Source: Macrostomum lignano
Lineage: Eukaryota
Direction of reading: 5' to 3'
Length of the DNA stretch: 64,000 nt
Assembly: GCA_002269645.1 (NCBI GenBank)
Contig: NIVC01000866.1
Span: 8,050-72,049, forward strand
The notes beneath the pieces are model-generated. The model was not told the origin of the DNA, made no database searches, and worked only from the letters and a program-made list of their open reading frames with translations. Shown piece by piece: positions 13,701 to 25,460 of the stretch. Made by a program: the position numbers and the translations under genes. Position 1 is the first letter of the stretch. Every line of letters begins with the position of its first letter.

Positions 13701-16700
13701 ATACACAGACACCAGATACAAAGACACACAGACACCAGATACAAAGACACACAGACACCAGATACAAAGATACACAGACACCAGATACAAAGACACACAG
13801 ACACCAGATACAAAGACACACAGACACCAGATACAAAGACACAGACACCAGATACAAAGACACAGACACCAGATACAAAGATACACAGACACCAGATACA
13901 AAGACACACAGACACCAGATACAAAGACACACAGACACCAGATACAAAGACACACAGACACCAGATACAAAGACACACAGACACCAGATACAAAGACACA
14001 CAGACACCAGATACAAAGACAAAGGCAAAGAGAAAGTGACAGAAGCAACAAAGAGCCAAACAGACGCCACAAAGACTCACAGGCTTGGCGAAGGGCACGA
14101 GCTTGGCCCCATCCTTGATATTAGCCAAGAGCAGGCTGAGCAATCGGACCAGACGATCAACCGGCATCTCCTTCATGGCTCCCACAGCTTTCATCTGGTT
14201 GGCCTTGGCGCACAGGTCAGACAGCAGTCTGGACGGAATCTTCAACTCGGCTGGCAGTTCGTCAGAGTCGTCCAGCACTTTGATATCGACATCTTCCACC
14301 GCGTCTAGAGCTTGATCAACCAACTCTTTGAAGTGGACGAAGGTCTCGGAGGCGACGAGTTCCTCGGTGGACAGGACGCCCAGGTTGACGCCCAGGCCGC
14401 ACTTGACTCGCTCACGGGGCCGGTCGCTGTTGCCCTTGGCGATCGGCGGGTAGCGACTTTCCGAGCTGCCCTTCAGCCGAACTGCATGGATTGTGAAAAT
14501 GAAAACAAATTAATTTTTTTTCAGATTAAATAGACAACAAGTGACTCTGGACCGACTCTAAAACGCCAAAGAGTCGATTTTATACGTTTTTATTGTCTGC
14601 GGCTCTGGGGCCGTAGAGCTGTACCAGTCTACTTGTTTGTATTTGCTTGCACTAGACTCTTTATAAATTCTTGTCACTGGTAACTTTTTTCAACTGAAAA
14701 AACATAAAATACTTGCATACTACTACTTACAGAAAGTAGCATAAGATTTGCTAATTTTAATTTTAAAAGAAACGAAAAATGGGTTTAAAAACTGTGAAAA
14801 TAAAAACGCGTTAAAAATGCTTTTGCGTCTACTTACAACCAGTAGTATGTAGCGATTCTAAAATTGTAAAATAAAAGTTGCAACGAAAAATGTGCACAAA
14901 ATCGCGCTTAAAAAATAAACATAATTTTTTTTAAAATGTCAGTTGAAACAGAACTGAAGACTATTGAACAGAAGAGATCACCAAACAGAACGCATGCAGG
15001 TTTACTAGAACAGATTATACTACTACCATGGAGACGATCCGACAGTACTATCTGACGAATGCAAGGCTGAGCAGATGCGGCAATCAAGTTACTGCTAGCC
15101 GAATCTAATGCCAATTCCACTGAGTCGCAGCTCAGCAGGCTGGGCCGAGATTTCTTCTTCATCACTAGCGACTCCTCCTGCCGAGGCTGCACTGATCGTT
15201 TCTGTTGTCGCTTCATCATTAAGAGCCGACTGATTTGGATTCTAGCAAGCAAAAAGCTGACTGAAGTATTTATTGATTTTAAAAAATAGATCAAATTGGA
15301 TCCAACAACCGTTACCGTATGTAGGGGAGGCTGCAGCGCAGTTTAGTGCTAAAAGTGCTACATAATAGTGCATAGATATTAAATGACTACAGAACTACAG
15401 ATTGCAATATATAATATAATATAGTGGCATATTGATATGCAAAAGACACGCAAGACAACAATCGTTAAAAAATAAAACCTGAATTCTAGAATATGTATTT
15501 CAAGAGATCTGTGATACAGTCAACCATATACTGAGTGCATGCAATGAGAAGTGCAGAGAAGAGGTGGCTAAGAAACATGACAACAAATCTAATAAAATAA
15601 AACTGACATCAGATTGGCGCCAAAACTGACATCAGAATGACGCTGAAACTGACACTAGATCGGCGCTAAAACTGACATCAGAATGACGCTGAAACTGACA
15701 CTAGATCGGCGCTAAAACTGACATCAGAATGGCGCCAAAACAGACATCAGAATGGCGCCAAAACTGACATCAGAATGGCGCCAAAACTGACATCAGAATG
15801 GCGCCAAAACTGACATCAGAATGGCACCAAAACTGACATCAGAATGGCGCCAAAACTGACATCAGAATGGCGCCAAAACTGACATCAGAATGGCACCAAA
15901 ACTGACATCAGAATGGCGCCAAAACTGACATCAGAATGGCGCCAAAACTGACATCAGAATGGCACCAAAACTGACATCAGAATGGCGCCAAAACAGACAT
16001 CAGAATGGCACCAAAACAGACATCAGAATGGCGCCAAAACTGACATCAGAATGGCGCCAAAACTGACATCAGAATGACGCTGAAACTGACACTAGATCGG
16101 CGCTAAAACTGAAATCAGAATGGCGCCAAAACTGACATCAGAATGGCGCCGAAACTTACACCAGATTTGCGCCAAAACTGACATCAGATCGGCGCCAAAA
16201 CTAACATTAGATCGGCGCCAAAACTGACATCAGATCGGCGCCGAAACTGACATTAAAATGGCACCAAAACTAACATCAGAATGGCGCCAAAACTGACATC
16301 AGATCGGCGCCAAAACTGACATCAGATAGGCGCCAAATTTGACATCAAAATAACGGCAAATCTGACACAAGAAAGTCGTCAAAACACTTGCACAGTCCAT
16401 CGACCATCTACCTTTAAAATCCTCGTCGGAGTCGCGCCGCTGCCGTTTCGACGCTCCGCCGCCTTCTCCATCGTCCTCGTCGTCACTCTCCAGATAGTCC
16501 GGCATGTTCTGCATGTTGCCGCGCTGTTGCTGAGCGGCGAGCCGGCGCGAGTTTTTGAACCGGCCAGCCAGAGACCGGTTGTGCTGCTCCAGCCGCGAGT
16601 CCCACGACTCGTCGGCGTCCATGGAGTCGCCGCCGTCTGCCGCAGTCGAGGCGCCGCCAGTTTTGTCACGCACGCGCCAGTCCATGAGGTTGCGCACCTC

Positions 16701-19184
16701 GCTGCTGACAGGGTCGCCACCGGCGCCGCCGCCGCGCGACCTTCCGCCACCTCGACGAGTGCCGCCACCGCCGCCGCCGCGTTTGGATTTTCGAGTTGAC
16801 GAGCCGCCGCCAGTGACAGAGGCGGGCTTGCCGCCCTTGCCGCTGCCGGCGCCGCTGAGATGATGCGGATGCGGCATTGGCTGCTGCTGAGGAGGGGGCG
16901 GCGGCTGCATTGACAGCTGCGGTGTGGCAACGGACTGCTGCATCTGATGATGATGCAGATGATGCGGAGACGAAGCCCCGATAGGAAGCTGCGGCAGGAA
17001 GGGGAACCCGGAGCTGTCACCGCCGGGATAGCCGCCGCCGGCGCCGCAGGAAACTTCGCCCAGATTGGGATAGGACAGGCTGGGCTGGTCGGGCCAGTTC
17101 TCCCCGATCTCCGGCAGCACGTCGGCCCCGCTAGGACCAGCCAGGAAGCCTGGCAGCAGCTGCAGGTTATCGAATAGGGAGGCTGGGAGAGCTGTGGACA
17201 CCTGCGGCGGCGGTTGCTGCTGCTGCATTGGCGGCATTATAGGCATCTGGGTTGGCGACCCGTACATAGGAAGCTGCTGTTGCTGCTGCTGAGGATGATG
17301 ATGATGAGGCATCGGAGGCTGGGAAGGAGGATAATTTGTTTGTTGCTGCTGCTGTTGATGAGGCATCGGCGGCTGCATCGGCTGCTGATGAGGAGGAGGC
17401 GGATGCTGGGGAGGCATTTGAGGAGTCTGCTGAGCAGGCCTTGGCCTCGTTAATAACTCCTGAAGCTTCGATTGCTGCTGCTGGCGGGAGAAGCCCGGCG
17501 AGTCCAAAGCGTTGAGTCCGCCAGGAGTTAGCGATGAAGACGCTGGTGCAGCAGCAGCCGACTGGGGCATCGACAGTGTGAGCGGCTGCAGCGGTGGGTG
17601 CTGCTGTTGCTGCAAAGCATCACCGCCCGGCTCTGAATCAACTTCATTGCGTTTCCGTTTGTCTTTCTTGTGCTTCTTGCGCTTCTCTTTCTTATGCTGC
17701 CGGGACACCGAAGCCGTTTCAGCGTCCGCCGCCTCCCCGACGGCGGCGACGGAGTCTTCGGCGACATCGTCGGAGACAATCGCGGGCCGCTCCGAAGCGG
17801 GATTCTCAATCCTGATTGGCTTCACCACGGGTGACGGCAGCTTCAGCTTGATCTTGATGCCCTCCCTGCTGACCACCGTCACCTGGCCCGAGGCTCCCGA
17901 CGGTGTCGTCGAGGTGCTCGGATTGGTCTCGTTCGTGTCGTCCCTTGTAGAAGAAGACGAGCGACGCTCGCGCTCTTTCTTGCGCTTTTTCTTCTTGTGC
18001 CGGTGTTTCTCCCGCTTGCCAGACTCTTCTTGGTCCTGGTCCGGCTCGGCGTCATCGACTGGCCCCGACGTGGCCGACCCCGAGACTGGCGGGGCTCCGC
18101 CGCCCCCGACACCGGCGTCTTCCGCTGCCCGACCGCCGGCTCCGTTAGCCAGCAAGGACTGGCAGTAGAGAGCGAACTCGGGCCGCTTCTCAAATCGGCG
18201 GGTATTCTGCGCCAAAACGGCCTGGAACAGAGCCGGTGGTGCGGCAGCGGCGCACTGGTCGGATTTGAGCTCGATAGATGAAGTGTCGGTCTGGGTGAGG
18301 GCCCAGCCGATGCTCTCTAACAGGCGCATGTTGCCACGCCCCTGGGCCAGCTGCTGCTCGGCCTGCTGACCAACTCGCTGGCTGTAGTACAGCGACTGCT
18401 GGCGCGATAGACTGGACTGGACAGGCCTGGGCAGCGGCAGCTCGGGCAAGACTGCGGGCGATAATCGATAGTATACTACTGTTAGTAGTGCCGGTTTGTT
18501 TCATTTCCACAGTAGATTGAAGGCTTATTCTAGATTGCCGTAGGAAGTTTTAGGATTATGATGATTGGCTGGGATTCCCTATGGGGAATTCCGGGATTAT
18601 AAGTGGCTGGGATTCCTCATGGGAGATTCTCATTCTGCGATTGAGCAGATGGGATTTCCAATGGGGAATTCTGGGATTATAAGTGGCTGGGATTCCTCAT
18701 GGGAGATTCTCATTCTGCGATTGAGCAGATGGGATTTCCAATGGGGAATTCCGGGATAAAAAGTGGCTGGGATTCTCCATGGGGAATCCCGAGATTATGA
18801 GTGGCTGGGATTCTTCATGGGGAATTCCGGCAGTATGAGTGGCTGGGTTTCCCTATGGGATTCTTTAATTAATGGGAAATTCGTGGATTCGTGATGGCGA
18901 GTGTGGATTCTCAAGGTACCATGATCTTTTATTAGAATATAATAGCACAAGTAACTGGGCTTCTTGGGAATTTTAAGAATCATGGCTGCTTGGGATTTTT
19001 TAGGACATTTAAGAAATCCTAATAATGATTATTAGGGAAGATTCAAGTGATAGGAACAAGCAGTTGAATGAATGATTAGGACCATATTAAAAGGGTAAAC
19101 AGACTCATAAACAAATTACTTACTGTCAGTAAGGCTTGTGATGCCAGCCAGACTCTGTATTGGAATTCCTCCATTTCCAATCAT
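3663..19184 (-). CDS. NIPBL: Nipped-B-like / Scc2 cohesin loader, 10 exons, ~2327 aa (one single-base frameshift in exon 5)
   Basis: Exons with GT-AG sites and consistent phases: 19124-19184, 16412-18451, 14081-14481, 12535-13299, 10969-12266, 9326-10330, 7836-8249, 5494-6184, 4790-4896, 3663-3863. NIPBL-type motifs: MIGNGGIPIQSLAGITSLTDILPELPLP (Mau2-binding N-terminus), RLWRELCMERV, ILDTGISVRKR-VIKIFRDIC, GYDWFEGLL, LLYVADNLASFPYQVAEEPLFLIHHLD. Exon sum 6983 nt; restoring one base gives 2328 codons. Confidence 0.96.
3864..4745. repeat. 28-bp minisatellite filling NIPBL intron 9
   Basis: Tandem GGATCTGGGAGGCTGGCCCAGCAACTGA units. Confidence 0.95.
5108..5445. repeat. 30-bp minisatellite in NIPBL intron 8
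   Basis: GTGACAATCCTACAGAATGAGCAACAAAGA units. Confidence 0.95.
6285..6935. repeat. 22-bp minisatellite in NIPBL intron 7
   Basis: GCAGACACAGATGGACACATTG units; source of the many overlapping CVHLC/QTQMD ORFs. Confidence 0.95.
7396..7810. repeat. (GACA)n/(GGCA)n microsatellite in NIPBL intron 7
   Basis: Direct read. Confidence 0.95.
8290..9190. repeat. 23-bp minisatellite in NIPBL intron 6
   Basis: GATAGGGTTTGAGGGCGATTTTT units. Confidence 0.95.
10420..10910. repeat. 20-bp minisatellite in NIPBL intron 5
   Basis: TCTCACCCTTCAATCTACCC units. Confidence 0.95.
12320..12455. repeat. ~32-bp tandem repeat (about 4 units) in NIPBL intron 4
   Basis: CTGTAATTACCAAGCTACAGACACTTAATTGG variants. Confidence 0.85.
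13372..14020. repeat. 21-23-bp minisatellite in NIPBL intron 3
   Basis: CAAAGACACACAGACACCAGATA units. Confidence 0.95.
15598..16330. repeat. 23-bp minisatellite in NIPBL intron 2
   Basis: AAACTGACATCAGAATGGCGCCA units. Confidence 0.95.
18565..18860. repeat. 78-bp tandem duplication with degenerate GGCTGGGATT subunits in NIPBL intron 1
   Basis: ATGGGGAATTC(C/T)GGGATTATAAGTGGCTGGGATTCCTCATGGG block repeated at 18581, 18661 and 18741. Confidence 0.8.
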
Positions 19185-20393
19185 TGCTGTAATTGAATCA
19201 TGATATGCTCTATAACTACAACTATATATATTCTTAGATAATTACTCCTTAAACAAGTAGCAAAAAATCAAGTCTTTGCTAATTACTATTATTATGACTG
19301 TCATTCATACTATGTTGCAAAAAAATATTTACACGAATTTTTAATATTTAATGATTATTTATAAAGATATTTAAAAAATGATCTTCATCAATCTGATTTT
19401 ACAGTAAATACATTCAGATTGTAGTTGAAAGACTATATAATTTATTCATTGTTTTTAATTTTATACAGGTAAAATTTCAACCTAATAAAAAGTAAGCAAT
19501 AGCTTTCTTTTATGGTTTTTATTTATAGCAATTATTATTTACCTAAGCAGAAGGGTTAGGTTATACAAAATATACTATCCCATTTAAGTAATAAGCATTC
19601 ACTGTAAATAATAAGAGGCTATAAATCTGCTTATCTGTTGGCATTAAGAAAACACTTTGGGGGTTTTAAGCTATCTGATGTGGCCACAGCCTTCTGCTAC
19701 AAGCATAGGGCTGCAGTCACATCATAGGCACTTCTGTCTGCTGCTAGTACTAGTATCTAGAATAGGAACTTTTCTGCTGCCTCCATGCACTCTAAGCAGC
19801 CTTCTGCTGAGAAGTTGCACAATATTGCGCAATTGAGCTGTCATAATGAGGCTCATTAACATAGGGAATTAGGAAGTTTTCCTAGCTTAGGGTTAGTTAG
19901 TGGAAGCCGCCAAATTTGGCGCTTGCCTATACTGTTATTGCCTGGCCTGCCACATATAATCACTCAGTGTACGCAAGTATAGTTAGCTGCACTCCTCCCC
20001 TTGTGCACTTGCTGGACCCTCTCCCTTTCTGCTCTCTTGTTCCTCCGCTATCCGAGCCTCTCCCCATGCATCATTCTATTTTAGACTGAGGGTTTTGCGG
20101 ACCCTGGGTCCTAAGCCAAACCTTCCCCTTGTGCAGCCTTGTGCGCATAAGCCCAAATTTGGCATGCTATTGTCACTGGTGGCTTGAAGTGACTGTCGGT
20201 GCTTTGAACAAGCTAATCTCTCCCTTAATCAATATCTGTTATGCATCATTATCTGCACTTTTCTAGCTGCTGTTCTATGGTCAAGTCACGGAATGCCCAA
20301 ATGCTCCACTTTTTGCATTCTTTATCAATGCATGCAGGCCAATTGTCTGGATTTTTCCTTAGAACTGTTTTGACTGCTGGTCAGACTCATTGA

Positions 20394-20672
20394 CCTGATT
20401 GCAGCGCATGGGCATTTTGGCGGACGGCGTCCGGCGCGGATCTAATACGGCGCGGCGCGGCGCGTACGGCGCGCGGCGATTAGTACGGCGCGGCGCGGTA
20501 CTAATTAGATGCCGAGGCATTTAGGCTTGATAAGACAGTTATAGTTACTCCTGCCGTTTACCCAAAACTGCGTTAATTTTGCTTTAGGGTTTCTTTCACA
20601 GGTAAGTCATTTCACAGCGTGGCGCAGGTTGTGTAGGCGTCTGGCGTACTTAAGCCATGCGCTGCAATAGGG
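20394..20672. mobile_element. 279-bp MITE with 18-bp imperfect TIRs and 8-bp TSD, carrying a 28S rRNA-like cassette
   Basis: TIRs CCTGATTGCAGCGCATGG / CCATGCGCTGCAATAGGG; TSD CTCATTGA at 20386-20393 and 20673-20680. Confidence 0.85.
20501..20563 (-). other. Degenerate 28S (LSU) rRNA fragment, helix 69-71 / R2 target region, copy 1 (not a functional rRNA gene)
   Basis: Minus strand GGGTAAACGGCAGGAGTAACTATAACTGTCTTATCAAGCCTAAATGCCTCGGCATCTAATTAG versus canonical eukaryotic 28S GGGTAAACGGCGGGAGTAACTATGACTCTCTTAAGGTAGCCAAATGCCTCGTCATCTAATTAG: 52/63 ungapped identities (reference recalled, not searched). Confidence 0.8.
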
Positions 20673-20740
20673 CTCATTGAGAATCATCTTCGAGTAAGCA
20701 CTTTAGCACCAGTTAACAGCAAAGCAAAGCTCCTAAGCAA

Positions 20741-20858
20741 GTCTTGGTAGAGCATTGCAGCGCTCAAGCAGAAAGCACGCTCCTGAGTAGGTCTTGGTAG
20801 AGCATTGCAGCGCTCAAGCAGAAAGCACGCTCCTGAGCAGGTCTTGGTAGAGCATTGC
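20741..20858. repeat. 50-bp tandem repeat, about 2.4 copies
   Basis: GTCTTGGTAGAGCATTGCAGCGCTCAAGCAGAAAGCACGCTCCTGAG(T/C)AG. Confidence 0.85.
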
Positions 20859-22494
20859 TAGTGCTATAGCTCTGGTTTTCCAGCCTACCCTATTGGCAGG
20901 AAATCAATTGGCTGAAGCCATTCTGCTGGTCATTGCTTCAATCAGAGTGAGAGTGATTGTGCCAGTTGCAGCACATGTGCACAATTCTAAGAAATAGCTG
21001 ATAGCTTAGTTAGCGTGAGTCTATTGCTGCTTCAGGCGCATAGATCTATTCCTTGCCACCCATCTGCGCGAGACGTGGCTATTAGGTTAGTAGGAATTAG
21101 GGTCTTCTAAGAGCTAAACTCAGACATGCTCAAGTGTGGACAATTGTCAGTGCTAGGACTGCGCTGCTTAGGCCATTTGCTACCATTGAGTCCTATCATT
21201 TGGACATTGAAATATCTTAGACTAGTTGTTCTAGTGCAATTTATTTGTGTAGAACCCAAACAGACCCCTTCATTGTAGATCCTATGGTTCCTACACTAGT
21301 GGCAACACTACCCTTGATCTTAGATTTCTCCTCAGTCTTAGCCCCCACAAGTATACTTAGCAAAGTTGCTTCGGACAATAGCAGTCCACCCCACCACAGG
21401 AGCTAGAAAGCCAAGCACAACACTGGTGATAGCGATAGGATACTTAGTAATAACACCACAGTCAAAAGCAGCCAAAAGCAGTCATTATATATCTAACTTT
21501 GCATCTATATCATTAAACTTTGTTAAAATAGCTATTTTAACATAAAAATGAATTCATTTTAAGTTGTGTTTTCTGGCATCAATTTATATATACGTAAAAA
21601 TGTACAATGTTTTGCTTCACTGTTTTTAACATATTCTATATTTTTCTAATTTTCTTAAAGAGTTCTTTAATTTAAAAGATATAAATCCCTACTTTTTATG
21701 CTATTTTAGATTTTTGGACTAGAGATTTCCATTTTTGGTTGTATTCTTTTTAACTTGTGGTAAACAGACTGAAGATCCTACTAAGAGCCCATAGTCAGGA
21801 TCATAGCATGCCTGCACCAAAACAAATCCAATCAAAAAAGTTTGCACCATACGCTGAAACTATTCTTATCAAAAAAAGTTTGTTTGTACTATATATTTAA
21901 ATGATACTATCTAAAACTTAGATGATATTTGTTTTATATGTTGACCATAAAAATAACCATTTCACTATTTATATGGTAATGAGATCACTATATTATTGAA
22001 GTGCCATAAAAATTATTAGGCCTATAATATTACTAACAATTATCTTTGTTCATATTATAAAAAGCCTTTGAACATTAAACCCTATGTGCAAAACAATTCT
22101 TTTGTATAGCATTTTCAATTATAGCTTTTATCTGTAACTAAAAATTAAAGCTGTTAAAATTCTAATTTTTTTCTAAGACAAAATTCAAAACAAGATCTGA
22201 GTTTTTGCTAGAGAAGCAAAGTACAAAATTGCACTTGTACCTAATTTAAAAGTGCAATTTTATGCTTAGCTCAGAGTGCAATTCTTTTTTTTGCTCCAAG
22301 TAGACATGCAAAGAAAAATTATTGAACCTTAAGGGTAAGGCCTAATGGCTTATCTGAATTTTCTATAAGAAATTCAGGATTTTTTTAAGGCAGTGCTTAT
22401 TTAGCCGGCACTGGTCGAATAAGTTCGCTACTATTTAGCCGGCACCTGTCAAATAATTGTGTCACTATTTAGCCAGCAGTCCCGCCCCACTGCC

Positions 22495-24258
22495 CAGTGT
22501 GACCACCAAAAATTACAAGAAATAATTAGCGCAGCACGAAAAAAATAGCGCAGGCAAAATCAAACAACAAACACCATTTATACATCGTAAAATTAAGTAA
22601 AAAGTTTGAATTTATACAACCATAAAGATGTTGAGTTATTCATAGTTAATTTGGAGTTTAAAACTTAAAATAGGGCCTATTTCGATTTAATGAGACAGAA
22701 GCAGACAGGCTGCTTTAGCGAAGAAAAATGTACATGTAAAACACTCCCGGCGATGAAGTAAAAAATATTGCAATGGTCACTGCGATGGGAAGTAGTAAAT
22801 TGATTCTCGACTCTATTCTTCTACTTGCGCTTTTTGGGAGTGGGTGCATTTAAGCCACTGCCGCCGGTCTTGCTGTTGCTGCTGGAACTCATCCGCTTGC
22901 GAAGCTGAGCCTCGGACTTTTCTGCTTCCAGAAGGATTTCCTGGGCTTTTCTACGCGCCTCGTCAATTTTGCGCTGCTCAGCCTGCACCTGTTCCGCATT
23001 CCTTCGCCGCTCTCGCTCCTCCTCGTCAGCCTTTTTGCGTTCAGCCTGGGCACGCCGCATAGAATTGAACTGCTCTTGGATTCGTGCCATTGCTGCTTTG
23101 TTTCTTTTTGCACGAGCTCGTGCATCGGCCTTTGCTTTAGCTTCGAAGCCGTCAGCTACGAGGGCTGGCCCAATCGCAACTGTTGATGATCGCCAGCTGT
23201 TGGCCTTAAGCCACACTTTGATAGCCAGAAGCGAGTCGAGTGTAAAATCAGACAGTTTATTCCTTTGCTTCGTAAGAAGCGTGCCGATCCACTTGATGAC
23301 GCGCTCGCTGTCCGCATTTCCGTGAGGGATACAGCAAGCAGCGCGACCAAGCGCCGTTAGATGTGGAAAGATGTCGGTGGACAAAGTGGCCCAGAATTCT
23401 TCGGGTGTCATGTCTGCAGATACATTAAAGTCATCAGGGCAGCAGGCGCGAAGCTTTGCTACCTCCAAACAAAGATCGTCAAGTCGTTCAGTAGGAACCA
23501 CTGTCGTGAGGGCCCTAGCAACGCGCAAAACGCTTGTGTCGATGTTAAATTCTTCAGACACTGACAGCAAATACTTAGGATCGACAAACTGCAGAGCACG
23601 AAGCAGTTTGTTGTGCAGTGGCAAATAGGAAACAAGACGACTGGTCAACTCGACGTAAAACTTTCGAGCAGCCACAAAAAAGCTTAGCTTGTTCATTTCG
23701 GTTAACGTAGTCAGTGTCTTGCGTGTATTATTTCGATTACCAACTCTTTATTCGAAACTTGATTTGCCCGGTCCTTGGCCTTTTCGGCAATCTCGCCAAC
23801 AGTTGAGCAGTCCTGCACCACCTCGCCGCGAAGAAAGCTCAGCAAAATATCGCTGAGAAGTTCATCAAGACTTGCAGCAAGATGATGGACTTGGGTCGAC
23901 TCAAGCTGAAACATCTTCTCAAACTTGTCGCAACGCGGCAAGACTTGCTCTAGGAATTGTAGGCGAGCAAGCACATTGTTGTTCAGGGCCTGCTTGATTC
24001 GCCGTGCTCTTACGTTTTCCAAGAAGTCAGGCGTAGCATTTAAAATTTGAAGCATTTAAAAGAAATGGGGGGGAGACAAACTCGATGTTTTGAAGCATTT
24101 TTTGGATACTTCATTTTGTGTATTTCATTTAAAACGACAAAATTACAATGTAGAGCAAAATAGCGCAGATACATCAAATAGCGCAGAAAATAGAGCAATA
24201 GCGCAGGCAAGCAAAAATAGCACAGCTGCGCTAAAATAGCGCAGTGGTGGTCACACTG
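22495..24258 (-). mobile_element. hAT-family element, internally deleted
   Basis: 13-bp TIR CAGTGTGACCACC / GGTGGTCACACTG; 8-bp TSD CCACTGCC (22487-22494, 24259-24266); subterminal TAGCGCAG repeats at both ends. Confidence 0.92.
22821..24055 (-). pseudogene. C-terminal half of hAT transposase (dimerisation domain) plus coiled-coil tail and NLS; frameshifted at 23734
   Basis: CIPHGNADSERVIKWIGTLLTKQRNKLSDFTLDSLLAIK fits the hATC pattern. ORFs 23711-24055 and 22821-23696 join into one frame (ELVIGNNTRKTLTTLTEMNK) by restoring one G. BED finger and N-terminal catalytic region absent. Confidence 0.85.
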
Positions 24259-24752
24259 CCACTGCCGGCAATCCTGGCCCCCAATGGACACAGTGGTCAA
24301 AATACATTTATACATTTTATAATTGCGCACTGCTCGTCATGACCTTAAGTTAATAATTTAATATACTACAAGCTAATTATTTATACTACAATTTTGGAGT
24401 TTTTAGTTAAAGGTGTTTGCAGTGGTTTTTTGGCTTTAATGAGTGGTTTTGATTTAGAGATTAAAGTGAAAGTAAAACATGCATAATTAATTTTTATTTT
24501 GTTTATGTGTCTTCTACTGCTTCAAATAATTTCCGGAATATGCAAGACTTCCAGAAACAATTAAACAAACTTGAAGGCAAGTAATAAATTGTACTGAATC
24601 TGCATTGATTTATATTCACTGTACCTACTTTGTATTGCCCAAAGTTTAAATATCTTGAATAAATATATATAATGGCGTGGCCATTGGGGGCTAGGATTGC
24701 CGGCTAAATAGTAACGAGCTTATTTGACCAGCAGTGGGGCAGGACTGCCGGC

Positions 24753-25460
24753 CCATAGTCAGGAAGGTGGCAGAGTGTGTGCCGGAATAAATTTTAGAGG
24801 GACAATCTGTGCGCCGTCTGTGCACCATCTGTGCGCCATCTGTGCGCCCTCTGTGCGCCGTTATTAAAAAATTGAATAATTACTACTGCACGCCGAAAAA
24901 AAATTTGTACATGCCCATTCTCAAAAATACGCCGGTGTTGCGACAATAAATGACCTTTTTTTCGTTGTGACAATAAAAGACCTTTTTTTAAATTGCATAA
25001 GAGACCCTTATTATTAGATAATCTTGTTGCTTTTAAAGCTTTTTTGGCAATACTATTTACAACGGAAAGTTTATACACGCAAAGATTTGTTTAAATACTC
25101 TTTTACGAGCTGAAAAAAACTGAAAAGCTTGAAATTTGCACCTAAAAATGAACTTTTTCATCTTTTTTCTACTTGATTCTATTGATTCTTCTCTTGATTC
25201 TATAAAGTGCACGCCAGGTATGCACGCATATTTTTTTCTTAGGAGTGATGCACGCCAACTGTGCACACCTAATTTTGGCGTGCAAGGCCAATGCACGCCT
25301 GAATTTTCGGGCATATACTACATGATCCAGAGTGTGGGTGCGCCAACCGCCAATGTGCGCTGAGACCCTTTGTGTGCGTCGCGCTTGTGCGCCAATGTGC
25401 GCCGAGACCCTTTGTGTGCGCTGGAATTTTCCCCCTCAGAGGCCACCTTCCTGAATATGG
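24753..25460. mobile_element. 708-bp non-coding element with 19-bp TIRs and 8-bp TSD, nested in the right arm of the foldback element
   Basis: TIR CCATAGTCAGGAAGGTGGC / GCCACCTTCCTGAATATGG; TSD CTGCCGGC (24745-24752, 25461-25468); internal TGTGCGCC repeats near both ends. Confidence 0.82.

Noticed and set aside
14908-15294. 128-aa ORF or possible cassette exon (15027-15241) in NIPBL intron 2
   Set aside because: 215 nt is not frame-preserving and gives an early TAA in phase 1; no NIPBL similarity; unsupported without RNA data.
2373-16330. Dozens of overlapping ORFs (CVHLC, SVCL, PASQILSC types), also at 47498-47813, 53173-53912 and 62587-63368
   Set aside because: Stop-free translations of minisatellites in introns or intergenic DNA.
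20501-20563. Functional rRNA gene or snoRNA
   Set aside because: Only 63 nt, helix 69 pairing broken, no flanking rDNA, no C/D or H/ACA boxes.
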